Assembly: GCF_006345805.1 (NCBI RefSeq)
Contig: NC_042998.1
Coordinates: 146,878,001 to 146,942,000, forward strand
DNA length: 64,000 nucleotides
DNA from: Octopus sinensis
Taxonomy: Eukaryota
Reading direction: 5' to 3'
A model generated the notes under the pieces. The model worked only from the letters and a program-made list of their open reading frames with translations, was not told the DNA's origin and did not search any database. The position numbers and the translations under genes were made by a program. Shown here one piece after another: positions 36,502 to 50,069 of this stretch (position 1 is the first letter of the stretch; the number at the start of each line of letters is the position of its first letter).

Positions 36502-37257
36502 ATGGCAGCGAAAATCAGGATCGCCAGCGACATTATCAGACCCTTTAATGGTGAAGGCGATGTAGTGGCCTGGATTCGTAAAATCAGGCTGGTGGCAAGA
36601 CTGTAAGGCATAAGCGATGTGGCAAGTCTTATGGCGCTGTATTTGGAAGGGAGCGCGTTGACGCTATATCTTGAGATGGACGAGGAAGAACGTCTGAGCG
36701 AGGAGAAGATAGAGCAACACCTGAGAGATGCTTACACCGAGTGTGAGTATACAGCTTTTGCCAAGCTGGGTACGATTAGATGGACAGGTGGATGGATACG
36801 CGGCAGAAGTGCAAAGGTTAGCCACGCTGGCTGGGTTTACAGGAGAAGGGCTGGAGAGAGCAGCGCGATAGGCGTTCGTAAATGGGTTCCCCGACGAGGT
36901 AGGGATTCGCCTACAACTATTGCCCGAGAGTAAAAAGATGGCGCTGAGCGAACTTGTGACTCAAGCCCGCGTGTTGACGCGACACATGGGCGGAAGGCGA
37001 AAGCGATGGCGGCAACGGAGGTGCGTAAAGACGGACGACGGCCGGAGAAAGACGTGCAGAAGCCTACCGTGCAACGACAGCGGCCGTTCTCAGATCGGTG
37101 TTTTAAATGTCAGGGGTCGCACATGGCGAGGGAGTGTATGCAACCGGGGCCCGTTTGCTATAGATGCAGGCAGACAGGGCACATCGCCCGTGATTGCGAC
37201 CAGGGAAACTACTGCGGGGAAGTTGCTGCCTCTCGAACTTTCCCCGCAAACGAGTAG
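36502..37257 (+). pseudogene. gag: Gypsy gag with two CCHC knuckles
   Basis: ATG 36502 MAAKIRIASDIIRPFNGEGDVVAW..; stop at 36604 and frameshifts; CFKCQGSHMAREC and CYRCRQTGHIARDC. Confidence 0.85.
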
Positions 37258-37262
37258 AGGCA
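37203..37262 (+). promoter_or_regulatory. Predicted -1 ribosomal frameshift signal (slippery heptamer + pseudoknot)
   Basis: G GGA AAC in the gag frame; stem 37214-37224 / 37236-37247; loop TGCCTCT (37227-37233) complementary to AGAGGCA (37256-37262); pol is in the -1 frame. Confidence 0.75.
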
Positions 37263-40047
37263 CTTTTGGAGACGCTGCCATTAATTGATGTCGAGGCCGA
37301 GGGGAAGACGTTCAAGGCCCTCGTGGATACGGGTTGCACGACCACCCTTGTGACTTCAAGGGTGACGAAGAAATGGAATGGGGCAAGTAGCGTCCGGGCG
37401 GTCGACGGCAGCGAAATCCGTTGCAAAGACAGCAGCAAGGTAGAGATAGTGGTGCGAGGCGCGACGCTAAGGCTGCAGGTAATTGTAGCTGAACGCATGA
37501 TAGACGGGGTTGATGTGGTGATGGGGATGAACGCCATCAACCGCCTCGGTGACGTCAGTATTGTGGGAGATGAGGTCACGCTCGGAAGCGTGGGGGCGTC
37601 GTGCACTGCGAGTCAGGATCGCCAGAGAGAGAGAGAGCAGAGCCCCGCGAGGGACTGCTCCACTTACACCATCGAGGACAAAGATTTTCAGGCGGCGTTC
37701 GATGGTCAGTGGTGGACGATAGAGTGGCGATGGAAGGACGAGCCCCCGATGCTGAAAAACAGAGTGAGCTGCTACCAGCATACCCTGAAAGGTCACGCCA
37801 GGGTCAAGTTTGAAGAAGTGGAGAGGTGGATCGAGGAAGGGGCCTTTGTACCTTGGGAGGAGGAGGTAGTGGGCAGAGTGCTACCCCTGATGGCGGTGGT
37901 GCAGCCTACGAAGGGAAAAGTCAGACCGGTGCTGGACTTCAGGGAGCTAAACCAGCATATATCGTGTCACACGGGAGATGAGGCGACGGACGTTTGTGGC
38001 GAGACGTTACGTGCGTAAGACAGTCGACCAAGGCAGCGACGATTGTCGACTTGAAATCGGCATCCTTGCAGCTCCATGTGAGCGACAAACTGTGGCTATA
38101 CCAGCTGGTGCGGTACAAAGGCCGGACGTACGGTACAAAAGCCGGTTTCGGACTGAATTCCGCTCCGAAGTTCATGGCGGCAGTGCTTAAGTCCGTCCTA
38201 GGGAAAGATGGCAAGATTAGAAAGGCCACCAGTTCCTACATAGACGACATTTTGGTGGACGAAACTGTAGTGCCAGCCAACGACGTAGTTAGACATCTGG
38301 AGAAGTTCGGACTGATTGCGAAACCACCGGAGTCGATGGAAGGGGGAGCTGCACTGGGGCTGAAGCTGCGAAGAGATAGATCGGGTGAGTTGGTGTTCCG
38401 GAGAGGGAATGAAATCCCAGAGCTGAGTTCCAGCGTCAGCAGGAGAGAGCTGTTCTCGGTGTGTGGGAAGTTGGTCGGTCACTACCCGATCGCTGGATGA
38501 CTGCGCACAGCATGCAGTTACACTAAGAGACGAGCGGAGGGGGAGAGTTGGGGCGACAAGGTGGGAGAAGTGACGGTGGCGATGATGCAGGAAATCCTAG
38601 AGAGGACGAGAGCAGAAGACCCGGTCAGGGGGAACTGGTACGTGCCCAAGACGGAGTGCGGGACCGTCTGGTGTGATGCTAGCAGTATAGCGATAGGGGT
38701 TGTGTTGGCGATCGAAGGCGCTGCGGTGGAGGACGTGGCCTGGCTTCGGAAAGCAGATGACTTCAACCACATCAATGTCGCCGAATTAGACGCGGTGCTG
38801 AAAAGGGTGAACTTGACCCTGAAATGGGGGCTGCGCTCAATTGAAATCCGGACAGATTCGGCCACTGTGCTTGGCTGGGTAGGATCGGTGATCACCGGTG
38901 AAAGGAGAGTTCGGACGAAAGGTGCCGCAGAGATGTTGGTGAAGCGCCGTCTAGGAGTTCTAGGAGAATTGATTGCCGAGTTCGGACTGAAGCTGAACGT
39001 GGTTTTCGTGCCTTCAGAGAAAAACAGGGCGGACGCACTGACCAGGGTGAAAAGGACGTGGTTGGCGGAACCGGAGGAGGCTCGGAAAGGGATAGCTGCG
39101 GCGTGTCGGTTGGATGACTCTGAACTGAAGAAACTGCATGCTATGCATCACCTGGGTGTGGACAGGACCCTGTATCTGGCGAAGAAACTTGATGCTTACG
39201 TCACTAGGAGAAGGATCCGGAAAGTGGTCGGGAGCTGCGACAGGTGTCAGTCCCTGCTCCGTGTGGGCATGAGCAAGGAAACCTTTCGGTGGAGCACAAC
39301 TGGAAAAGGCTAGCTGTGGATGTGACGCACTGCCGTCAGGGAATGTATCTCTCCATGGCCGACTGCGGGCCGGGCCGGCTGGCCATTTGGAGGGAGTTGA
39401 GAACGGGCATTGCTGACGAGATTGCGCAGATTTTGAATGGAATTTTTTCAGAGAGAGATCCCGTGGAAGAACTGCTAATGGATAACGGGGCGGCGTTTCG
39501 TTCGGAAGCATTGAGGGATATACTCGACCGGTGGAAGGTGCGTCGGTTGTTCAGAGCAGTGTATAGGCCGAGCGGTAACGGGATCGTAGAGAGGCACCAT
39601 CGGACAGTCAAGGCCATAGCGGAAAGAGGGCACATTTCGCCGCTTGAAGCAGTTTTTTGGTACAACTTGTCTCCCCGATCCGGACAAGCTGAAGAATCTG
39701 TGCCGCAGAGAGCTGTATTTAAATATGAATGGAGGCACCCGAGTAAAGCGCCGGAGGTCCACGAGGGAGAGAAGGGCCCCGCTTGCGTGAAAATAGGGGA
39801 GGAAGTCTGGGTTAAGCCACCGAAGGCGCGCTGTACGTCTCAATGGAGCAGAGGAACGGTGACGGCGGTCAATTCCAGAAACAACGTCACCGTGGATGGA
39901 ATGCCGCGACACGTCTTGGACCTTCGCAGGATTGTCGCTTCGTCGGACGACAATTGTGGAGAGGGGGAAAACGAGGTGCCTAGCCTGAGAAGATCTCGAC
40001 GCGGAAGGCGCCCTCCCGGTTGGATAGTGGACTACGACATGGAGTAG
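37203..40047 (+). pseudogene. pol: Gypsy pol (protease, RT, RNase H, integrase)
   Basis: LVDTG; RPVLDFRELN..VDLKSA..GLNSAP..YIDD; CDAS..EL..TDS..ADALTR; H..H..C..C, VDVTH..MDNG..VER. Several frameshifts and stops. Confidence 0.9.
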
Positions 40048-40909
40048 AGAGATTGTGATCTTTAAGATCAGGGTGGCGTGTGGGATGACGTCAGCAGCTG
40101 GGGAGCTGACCGGAACTTGGGGCTAACCGGAAGAGGAAGGGGCAGCAGTGACGCGCGCGCAGGCAGGGCAGGATTCAGCCTTTATCGATCGAGGCAGCCG
40201 AGGCAACCGAGGGAGTGAGACGCGTGAGCACGTTGTTAAGGTAGGGGAGAAACAGCTGCTATTTCTTGCTATTTTTTTTTCTGCTTACCCTTAAATTGTG
40301 TGTAAACTCAACAAGAATAGCCACATGCAACATGTACTGATACATGAAACATGTACGGGGCCAAAAGTATAAAGAAGAACTGTGGAATTTTGTGACATTC
40401 TTTGCCATTTTCGAGAGTGTTAGTGGTGAAATGGAATGGAAACTTTTCCCGGGAATTGAAACAGAGTCAACGTCAGCTTGCCTGGAACATTTACGATGCT
40501 TACTCAGTCACAATGAAATGATGTCTGAAGTATTAGTTATACGTTTCATTTTATTTATTACTCAACGTGTATATATGTGTGTGTGTGTGTGTGTGTTTAC
40601 ATTTATGAATATCTACAGGGGAAATGCAGTTAAAGAGTGTGTCGTTGTCGGCGGGACATTTTATTTAGAGCACATGGTGTCATATTTATTTATAGCAGAT
40701 TTCATCATCATTCACCGCCACCTCACTACACCACCCACCCACCCACACTAATTTAGACATAAACATACGTATACATAGACATGCATTCATACACACACAA
40801 ACACACACACGCACACACACATAAATATAAACACATCTATTTAATATATACATATGTATATATACATCTGTGTGTATGTGTGTATATATAAATGTCTGTA
40901 TGTGTATAT

Positions 40910-41360
<451 letters not shown>

Positions 41361-41479
41361 TGCATTTTAATATATTCATTCAGAGAGACCCACTCGTGCA
41401 TCCTCAATATACTTATATAACACCGGCAACAACACCAACAGTAAATATAGTATATGTAGTATTCATTTGTCGACCAACT

Positions 41480-42148
41480 TCCTAACATCTGTTTATTTGT
41501 GAGTCACATGTACACACAATACGTTGCATCATATGAATCCACTTCTATAAAATAGAAATAATAAAACATACTCAATTGATTTTGTTGTTCCTTTTATAAT
41601 TCTCTTCTCACGACTTTTTATAAAGAATTTCAATGTGTTTTTATGACGAGTTACAATAAAAACAATTTGACACTAAACTGAAGGATTGCTCAATACTTTT
41701 TGTATAGTGCATATTTATTATGCACTATAATAAATTTATGGCAGTAACTTCGAAGTACCGGCCTGCTAGCTTTCGTTGCGCTACACGACGAAGGTCACGG
41801 ACTTTATGTATGTATTAGTGCACATACACGCGAGTACTGTCCCAATCCACGAACAATCACATACAGCTAGCTGGCATTCAATTGGCGTATCACGTTTCGG
41901 GCATTTTGATTGGGTTTTGGATAGAAAATTCTCAAAAAAGTCACTTCTATTGATTTTTTAATGGCTATGCGGGGTGACTGGGGAAATGTAAAGATGTGTA
42001 CGACCACCCTTGGACGGTTTTGAATGACCATAGAAAGTGCGCGCCCTCTAACTGAAAAATTGTGGATTTGTATAAAGGACACGCACACACACACACACAC
42101 ACACACATACAGACATACAGACATTTTGCCGTTTATATATATATAGAG
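41480..42148 (-). mobile_element. Probable non-autonomous Helitron-like repeat
   Basis: Minus strand starts ATCTCTATATATATATAAACGGCAAAATGTCTGTATGTCTG, a TC-TATA..TGTCTG pattern I recall for Helitron 5' ends and also seen at 19970. 3' end not resolved. Confidence 0.4.
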
Positions 42149-42171
42149 ATGTATGTATGTATGTATATATG

Positions 42172-42205
<34 letters not shown>

Positions 42206-42300
42206 TGTATGTATGTATGTATGTATATATATATATATATATGTATATGTATATATACATGCGTGTGTGTGTGTATATATCGCCGTATCCCTTCCATGTC

Positions 42301-42390
42301 GGTTAACTCTGGTGAGCGTATTTATATAATTGGGTTTTTATCTAGCACTCCATTGTACTTTTTGCGTGAAACCGATTGGTAAGACCAACC
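42301..42390 (+). ncRNA. Decayed hammerhead-like motif
   Basis: CTGGTGA (A6 to G) GCGTA..TGCGT GAAA CCGATTGG TA AGACCAACC. Confidence 0.4.
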
Positions 42391-42420
42391 GTGAAGGATA
42401 CTTAATACTATAAAATTCGG

Positions 42421-42469
<49 letters not shown>

Positions 42470-42545
42470 ATTTGAGGGAATAAAATCCAAACTTACAAGG
42501 AAAAAATTCAATGTTGAAATACTAAATCAAATTACACACAATATA

Positions 42546-42601
<56 letters not shown>

Positions 42602-42769
42602 TTAAAATAAAAAAAAACCCACGTTTTATCAATTCAAAATGAACAATTAAATTACACCATCTAGAAAATTACATATAATAGAAATATTAAAATTAAAATA
42701 ACAATAAAATGTCAATGATTAAGTAAATTGCCAAAAAAAAAATAATAAAAATGTATATAATTTGTAGAA

Positions 42770-42857
42770 TAACGAACGTGTTTCGTGGCTATATTTAAGA
42801 AATGATTATAGTAGTAGAGAAATCACTTCGATATAAATATAGTCACTCATCAGGTTA
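42770..42857 (-). ncRNA. Hammerhead-like motif with long stem II (canonical core)
   Basis: TAAC CTGATGA GTGACTATATTTA..TAAATATAGCCAC GAAA CACGT TC GTTA; stem III imperfect. Confidence 0.5.
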
Positions 42858-43069
42858 AAAATAAACTAGAACAAAAAAATAATTAATTAATAAATATACT
42901 TTAATATATATGGCGGTGCCCCAGCATGGCCACAGCTCGTGAGGTGAAACTAAATAAAATAAAAAATAAAAAATACATATCTATATGAAAATACTAAATA
43001 TACATCAGTTGAAACTAAAACAATACTTAAATTATATATGTATGTATATATATATATATATATATTTAA

Positions 43070-43200
43070 GTAGATAAATGAATTATCTTATTACGGATAA
43101 TTCGAAAGATAACCGATACCTGGGTAGCAAACTCACAACAGAAAGAACACGGTTGAAGTTACGACCATAGGGCATATACTCCGTGCCTTAGTGCGGAAAT
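43070..43200 (+). repeat. Short interspersed repeat shared with 62232-62365 (opposite strand)
   Basis: GATAAATGAATTATCTT..AACCGATACCTGGGTAGCAAA..CACAACAGAAA..CACGGTTGAAGTTACGACC in both. Confidence 0.75.
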
Positions 43201-43832
43201 TTGAATTATATATATATATATATACTTTGTATAATGCCATGCCTCGACGGGCAGGGGTGTGTATCATATAAAAACAGTAGAGTTATCTTTTCTTGTATGT
43301 TGTTGCTGTTTATGTTTGGTCAACTGTTAGGTGCCTAACTATGAATTAGAGGAAGGTAGAGTGAATGTTAAGTGTAGAATGATACCTTCATTGTGCCTGA
43401 CATTTAAGCAGCAGTGGTGTTGTGATAAGACACTGTATCAGAGTTGACATTCTTAGTGTAAGCCTACTCTCAGTTGAATTATTTCACTAATGGATTCTGC
43501 CTGTGGTCGCATCTGCATCACCCCCTTTTTGCCAACCCCCTTTTTCCTACGGTGCTTTAGTATTTATAATTATCCAAACCAGTTAGATGGAGAGACATTG
43601 TTGAGAACAATGAATTTCGTTGGCGGTATGTTATCTCTATTCTAGCTTTTGGTGGCCTAGAAGAGGGTCAAGTGGCAAAGACATTATTCTGCTTAGCGAA
43701 GGCATCTGGCAAATGTAACTGCTGTCACTCACAGAAAAAAACTATTGTTTTACCGTGAGAAAAGTGCTGTTGAACTGTTAAGTGAAATTTGGCTATCGAG
43801 GATCGAATCCACGCCATGCCTGCATGAAGCCA

Positions 43833-43877
<45 letters not shown>

Positions 43878-44104
43878 ACACACACACACACACACTCTCT
43901 CTCTCTCACACACACATACACACACATGTATGTATGTGTGCGTATGTGCATGCGTGTGTGTGTGTGTATACGTATATATACATTAGTCCTCAGTACAGTT
44001 ACTGCTCTCATCTCTTATAGAGATTTTCTAACGAGCTAATTTGCTTGTTGCAAGATCATATAGCGAGCTGGAGTGAACTACAGCTATCTCCAGCGGGCGA
44101 GTAT

Positions 44105-44152
44105 CCACCACCGAAGATGACCACAAAGAGGTCGAAACCGTACATCTGGTGG
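44105..44152 (+). ncRNA. Decayed hammerhead-like motif
   Basis: CCACCA CCGAAGA T GACC ACAAAGA GGTC GAAA CCG TA CATC TGGTGG (U4 to C). Confidence 0.4.
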
Positions 44153-44771
44153 TTTTGTGTTTGGAAGGTCTCCTTGACTCTCTCGTCGCTGACACGTGAC
44201 GAAAGGCGATCTATTTTCTTTTTTTCACTTCATTCATAAAGACAAGACGTGCTTTTACTTGTCTCTTCTCATAGCTCGCCTTTCCAGCGTTCGTAATTTT
44301 TCCTATCGTCTTGACTTAACAGCCCTCACCGTTTGTTTTTACTGTCTTGTTCTCACTGTCCTGTTTGTGTTACCACTTTCACCCTTCGCAAAAAATCCCA
44401 AATTTTATTTAATTTGCTTTGCGGGAAGGATTGTTTCAACGAAGTCGCGTATTGTCCATACATTCGAAACGTGGAGTTGATGAAACAGGGACAACTGAAG
44501 AAGGGGAATGTTCTTTATGTTGCATGTCTCGTTTCTCTGTTTGCTTTTTTTCATCGTTCGAAAAAAAAGTTCGTTTTCTATGTTTTTGTTTTCATGTTTT
44601 CGTTTTCTCTTTGTGTCTAGGTTTTTTTATGTCTTGTACCCATATATGCATGTATATATACTTATATATGTAGGTATGTACATATATGTATGTATATATG
44701 CATATATTTATATATTATTTATATTATTATATGATCGAACGCCACGCATTCTTTTCCAAATAAGTTTTATC

Positions 44772-44803
<32 letters not shown>

Positions 44804-44822
44804 ATCTATATATATATATGTG

Positions 44823-44888
<66 letters not shown>

Positions 44889-44890
<2 letters not shown>

Positions 44891-47181
44891 TAAGATCCAC
44901 AAAAGTGAAAAAATAAGCAACGCATGCAAGATAGCCACAGACAAAATAATTAAAGTCCCTAATCCTAATGACCTCAAATTGAGACCCATAATAGCAGGTC
45001 CCGCATGCGAAACCCACCGCCTCAGTAACTTTTTAGACACCCTGTTAAAACCACTCCTCAAACATGTCAAAAGCTATATAAGGGACGACTTAGATATGCT
45101 CAATCACCTACCGAATACTATAAACCAAAACACCATACTGGTATCCTTCGATGTAGTCAACCTCTACTCCAATATCCCCCACAACCTAGGACTAGAGGCA
45201 ATCCAATTCTGGCTAGAGAATCACGCCAACGAACTACCACACCGCATCAAAAAAGAATTCGTGATAGAAGGGGTTAAATTCATCCTGGAAAATAACTTCT
45301 TCGCCTTCAATGACAACTTCTACCGACAAAAATCGGGGACTGCGATGGGTACACGAATGGCCCCCTCCTTTGCCAACCTAGTCATAGGATACCTAGAGAT
45401 CAGTCTATATCGTAAGGTTCTAGAAAGATATGGCAGCCCTTTCTCCATCTACATAGAAAACAACTGGAAGAGATATCTAGATGACTGTTTCATTCTTTGA
45501 CATAAAAATATAGAAAAACTCATAGAATTCCAGGAAATTTTAAACGGGCTGGACGTAAACATCCAATTCACGATGGAATATAGCCAGCAACAACTTCCCT
45601 TCCTCGATATCCTCATTAAGAAAGCTAATAATATAATAGAAACAGACATATACTATAAACCTACAGACTCTAAGCAATATCTTCCATTCAATTCATGCCA
45701 CCCCAGACACACCAGGATGAATATCCCCTTCAATCTAGCAAAAAGGATATGCACTATAGTCTCTAACGCAAACACCAGAGACACACGACTACAAGAACTA
45801 AAAGATACCCTTATCACCAGGAACTATCCACCTTCACTTATTGACAAGTGCATTCAACGTGCCCTTCAACTTAACATCAAGGAACTGAGACATCCCAAAT
45901 CAAAGAAAAACTTACAACCAAAAGCCTTACCATACATCTCCACACACAACCCTCTCAATAACGAAGCCTTCGGCACCATCCTCCACAACATACCCCTCCT
46001 AAAAAAAGACCACAGAATGAACACAATCCTCCAAACACACACGATCATAAAAAGCAAAAGACAGCCTAGATCCATGAAAAGTCTTCTAACACAAGCCCGA
46101 ATTCACTCTTCAACACAGAAGCCGACAGTAAAAAAATGTGGAAGACCCAATTGCGGGATATGCGACTATCTAATCGAGGGTTCTGAGTTCTCCTTCAAAC
46201 AGGGACAACGGTTTACAGTGAAAAGCAACTTCACATGTGCTTCGGAGAACCTAATATACTCACTAACCTGCTCCGGGTGTCAAGAGCAGTACATAGGCCA
46301 AACAAAAAATGGTTTGCGTAAACGAATGGCCCTGCACAGATCCCAGATAAAAATTCCCCAAAACAGAAAAATAGCTTTTAGCCAACACATAGATACTTGC
46401 GCCAACAAAAAAACACCAAACTTCAGAATTTTCCCCCTCTACCAATTTAGGGACGATACAACCTCGAGACAACGAATAAGTAAAGAAAATCTCTTTATTA
46501 TAAATACAGGCCACTTCTTAACGGGTCTACGACAAACAATTAATATAGCTCAACTTAAGATAAAAGAAATATATATACACACACAAATATTACATTCCAT
46601 AGAATCCATTACTAATCGCCCCAAAACAGCTATATCTTCACCCATTCATATTCTCCCTTCTCTGTTTTTTTCTTCTTCTCCCTCTTCTTCTTCTTCTTCA
46701 TCATCATCGTTATCATCATCATCGTCGTCATCGTCATCACCACCATCATCATCGTCATCTTCTCCTTCTCCTTCTTCTTCTTCTTCATCGTCATCATCAT
46801 CGGCACCGTCATCTTCTTCTTCTTCTTCTACTTCTCCACCTTCTACCCCCACTAATGTCTTTAAGTATAACGCCTACGCAGCGACTGCCGGTCGCCACTG
46901 ACCAGCCCAGATTTTCCCACTCCCACCCCCTCAAGAACTCACAACGACCTCGAATACACAAGTGCAAACAAGGGAGTCAGAGAAAGGCAGAATGCCACAT
47001 ATATCTGAACACTACTATGGAAGTATTCCTTTAAAAAAACCTTTCTTCTAATTTTTCTAAATTTTTCAAAATTTAATTATTTAATCGTTACAGTTGAAAA
47101 GGTCTCAAAATGACCGAAACCGGTACTGAAAGATTCACTATAAAATCATCTTAGCATTTTCTATTTTTGACTTGTTTTTTC
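44889..47181 (+). mobile_element. 5'-truncated Penelope-like element (RT + CX4CX2C linker + GIY-YIG), second family
   Basis: KIHKS..LRPIIAG..SFDVVNLY..GTAMGTRMAP..RYLDD, one stop at 45498 (expected W), FLD, CGRPNCGIC, LIYSLTC..YIGQT, frameshift near 46500; starts and ends in (TA)n. Confidence 0.93.
47088..47131 (+). ncRNA. Hammerhead-like motif, U3-A8 core
   Basis: TTACAG TTGAAAA GGTC TCAAAAT GACC GAAA CCGG TA CTGAAA. Confidence 0.65.
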
Positions 47182-47240
47182 ATATATATATATATAATGT
47201 GAGTGGTCAAGGTAAATCCCGGCTGTATTATATAATTTCT

Positions 47241-47336
47241 CTGTCTGAAGAATTTCTAATAGGAAATTCCTTATATGTCCATCTAACATGTAAGACTTCA
47301 TAATTCCTATTAGCATATGAAACACATGTAGTGGTG
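47241..47336 (+). ncRNA. Decayed long-stem-II hammerhead-like motif
   Basis: CTGAAGA..CTAATAGG..CCTATTAG..GAAA CACATG TA; stem I poor. Confidence 0.35.
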
Positions 47337-47803
47337 AATAAATAAAACCAAAAAATTACCCATTTTGTTATATATATATATATTATATATATATATATAA
47401 CGTTACACGCACAGACACACTCAAACATGTTTCACCTATTGTTAAAACAATCCACTGAAATAACTCTTCTTTCCCATCTGGAAAAATGTTATAACTTTTT
47501 TTCATGATGTTTCGTTCTATTTCTTTTTTCCAACATAGAGCAACCTATAGTCTATATATACTTCCATCATAAAAGAGGTCATGAACTTCAGGCCAGTATG
47601 TCTGAAGATTCATCAATATTACCAAGGTGCAAAAGTCGACGGGAAACCAACGGTACCGTCATGATCAGTGATATCTCCATAGCCAGCAATATACTACCCG
47701 ACCATACATACATACATACATACATACATACAAACGTGTGTGTATGCGTGTGCGCGGGTTTTCTGAGATGATTTGCGAAGCAATGACGTGTGAGAATTCT
47801 GTA

Positions 47804-47880
<77 letters not shown>

Positions 47881-47904
47881 TAATAATAAAAAAAATAATA
47901 ATAA

Positions 47905-49487
47905 TGCCGACCAAGTAACACCAGAGTGGTTGACATTGGGTTGGACAGTGCTCTGCCTGAAAAACATCGAAAAAGGCAATACGGTAGACAATTATAGGCC
48001 GATAACCTGTTTGTCACTTATGTGGAAATTATTGACTGCAATACTCGCAGAGTCAATGTACAAACATCTGGAAAAAAATGGATTCCTGTGACATGAGCAG
48101 AAGGGTTGCAACCATGAATGCAGAGGTACCAAGGATCAACTCCTGATAGACAAAACTGTACGCAGAGACTGCAAGAGGAGGAAAAGTAACTTAGCCGTGT
48201 CATTGATCGACTATCGTTAGCATACGATATGATCCCACATTCTTGGTTTATGGAGTGTATGAACCTATTTGGTATTGCATCGAATGTTGAGCGATTGCTT
48301 GGAAAAAGTATGGCGAATTGGAGGACGGACCTGACAGCGTACGGAAGAAGTGTAGGGACAGTAGGAATTAGGAGCATCTTCCAAGGGCACTACCTGTCCC
48401 CATTGATCTTTGCACTGTACTTGATACCACTAACACTGATTCTGAGGAAAGCAAAAGTTGGGTATGTATTCAAAAGCCGCCAACAAAACGTCAACCATTT
48501 GTTATTCATGAATGACCTCAAACTTTATGGTAAAGATGAAGCCCAAGTCAGTTCCCTCATTGATACGGTATATACCTTCAGAGCTGATATCAGAATGGAG
48601 TTCGGACTGAGAAAGTGTGGTGTGTTAGTCTTGAAGAGAGGCAAAATCAAATGTATGGACAGGCTAACGATACCGTCGGGGTAGGTTATGAAGCATATAG
48701 CAGAGACGAGCTATAAGTACTTAGGGATTTTGGAAATGGATAAGTTGACGGAGAAAGAAATGACAGAAAAATTTAAGGTGGAGTACTTGCACAAACCTAG
48801 ACTGATCCTTAAGTCGAAATTAAACGGACGGAATAAGATCGAAGCTATCAACACCTGGGCAGTTTCATTCGTTAGATATGGAGCAGGGGTAATCGCATAG
48901 ACAGTAGACGAACTAAACAGCTTAGACAGAAATAACAAGGAAGTTGCTAACTAGATATGGATCACTCCACCCAAAAAGTGACACAGACAGACTGTATGTA
49001 CCAAGAAAAAGAGGGGGAAGAGGACTTATTGGATGCGAACACAGATTTAGAGCAGAAGTAAACAACATAGTATGGTATATAAAAAATGCCACAGAACCGC
49101 TGTTATTAGAAGTAAGAAGGTCAGGTTTGTGTAGGATGAAAGATTGCAAAGATAAACACTATACAAGAAATTGAAAACAAATGAAACTGAAAATAGGTAG
49201 GTAAAGAAAAGAATGCATGGTCAATTTCATAGAGATATTGAAGATAAGACAGACAGAGAAAAAAGATGGCTATGGATGACTAAACGTGATTTAAAACCGG
49301 AAACGGAGGCTCTAATCTGTGCTGCCTAAGAGCAAGCACTAAAGACAAACTACATAAAATACAGACTAGAAAACACATCAGAAAGTGATAAGTGCAGAAT
49401 CTGTGGAGAAAACGGTGAAACCATATGGCATATTAGTGAACAGCCGACACTGTAGTACATCTCCAGCGTTAGAAGCTGTGCAAAGGC

Positions 49488-49488
<1 letters not shown>
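47905..49488 (+). mobile_element. R4/Dong-clade LINE fragment (RT to CCHC, endonuclease deleted)
   Basis: [61 protein letters not shown]; then jumps to ..TTAGAAGCTGTGCAAAGG. (AAT)n on both flanks. Confidence 0.9.
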
Positions 49489-49540
<52 letters not shown>

Positions 49541-49704
49541 TTATAAGCTGAAAGCTTATAAGCGATCACCGTGTATTGACTAGAAAAAATAGTCTAAAAT
49601 TGCGGCATATAAGCCCACAAAAAAAAAGTGGGTTTTTCATGCGCATTGGACTCAAACCCACACCTCTACATAACTGCGATATGTGTGCTACAAATCCACG
49701 CACA

Positions 49705-49800
<96 letters not shown>

Positions 49801-50021
49801 TAATACTTAGTTTTATGTTTACGTTAATCTGATGGGTTTTACTCTATACTTACGTAGAATACAAATTTATTATTCATAAACAAGAATGTTGTTGATAGTG
49901 AATTCGGAGCTTCGGCCAGCTATATCATTGTCAGGTTTGTATATATATATATACACGCATATATACATACCCCCACCGAAGGCAACGTTGTTAGTATAGT
50001 CTTTTTGGTTGCCTCTTGTTT

Positions 50022-50069
<48 letters not shown>

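Larger units (their letters stand above)
36174..40266 (+). mobile_element. Ty3/Gypsy LTR retrotransposon, decayed
   Basis: 188-bp matching LTR segments starting TGTGGG (36174-36361, 40079-40266; ~5 differences), purine-rich tract before the 3' LTR, domain order gag-PR-RT-RH-IN. Confidence 0.95.

Noticed and set aside
40498-40536. Possible 21-nt micro-exon on the minus strand (CTAATACTTCAG..GTAAGC)
   Set aside because: Such motifs arise by chance in 64 kb, and there is no host gene to attach it to.
44440-44520. GAAA followed by CTGAAGA, a possible type II hammerhead
   Set aside because: Stems I and III could not be paired.
46540-46901. Poly-Ser C-terminal extension of the 442-aa PLE ORF
   Set aside because: Caused by a frameshift near 46500 reading into a (TCT/TCA)n tract of the 3' region; the restored frame ends ..KYRPLLNGSTTNN*.
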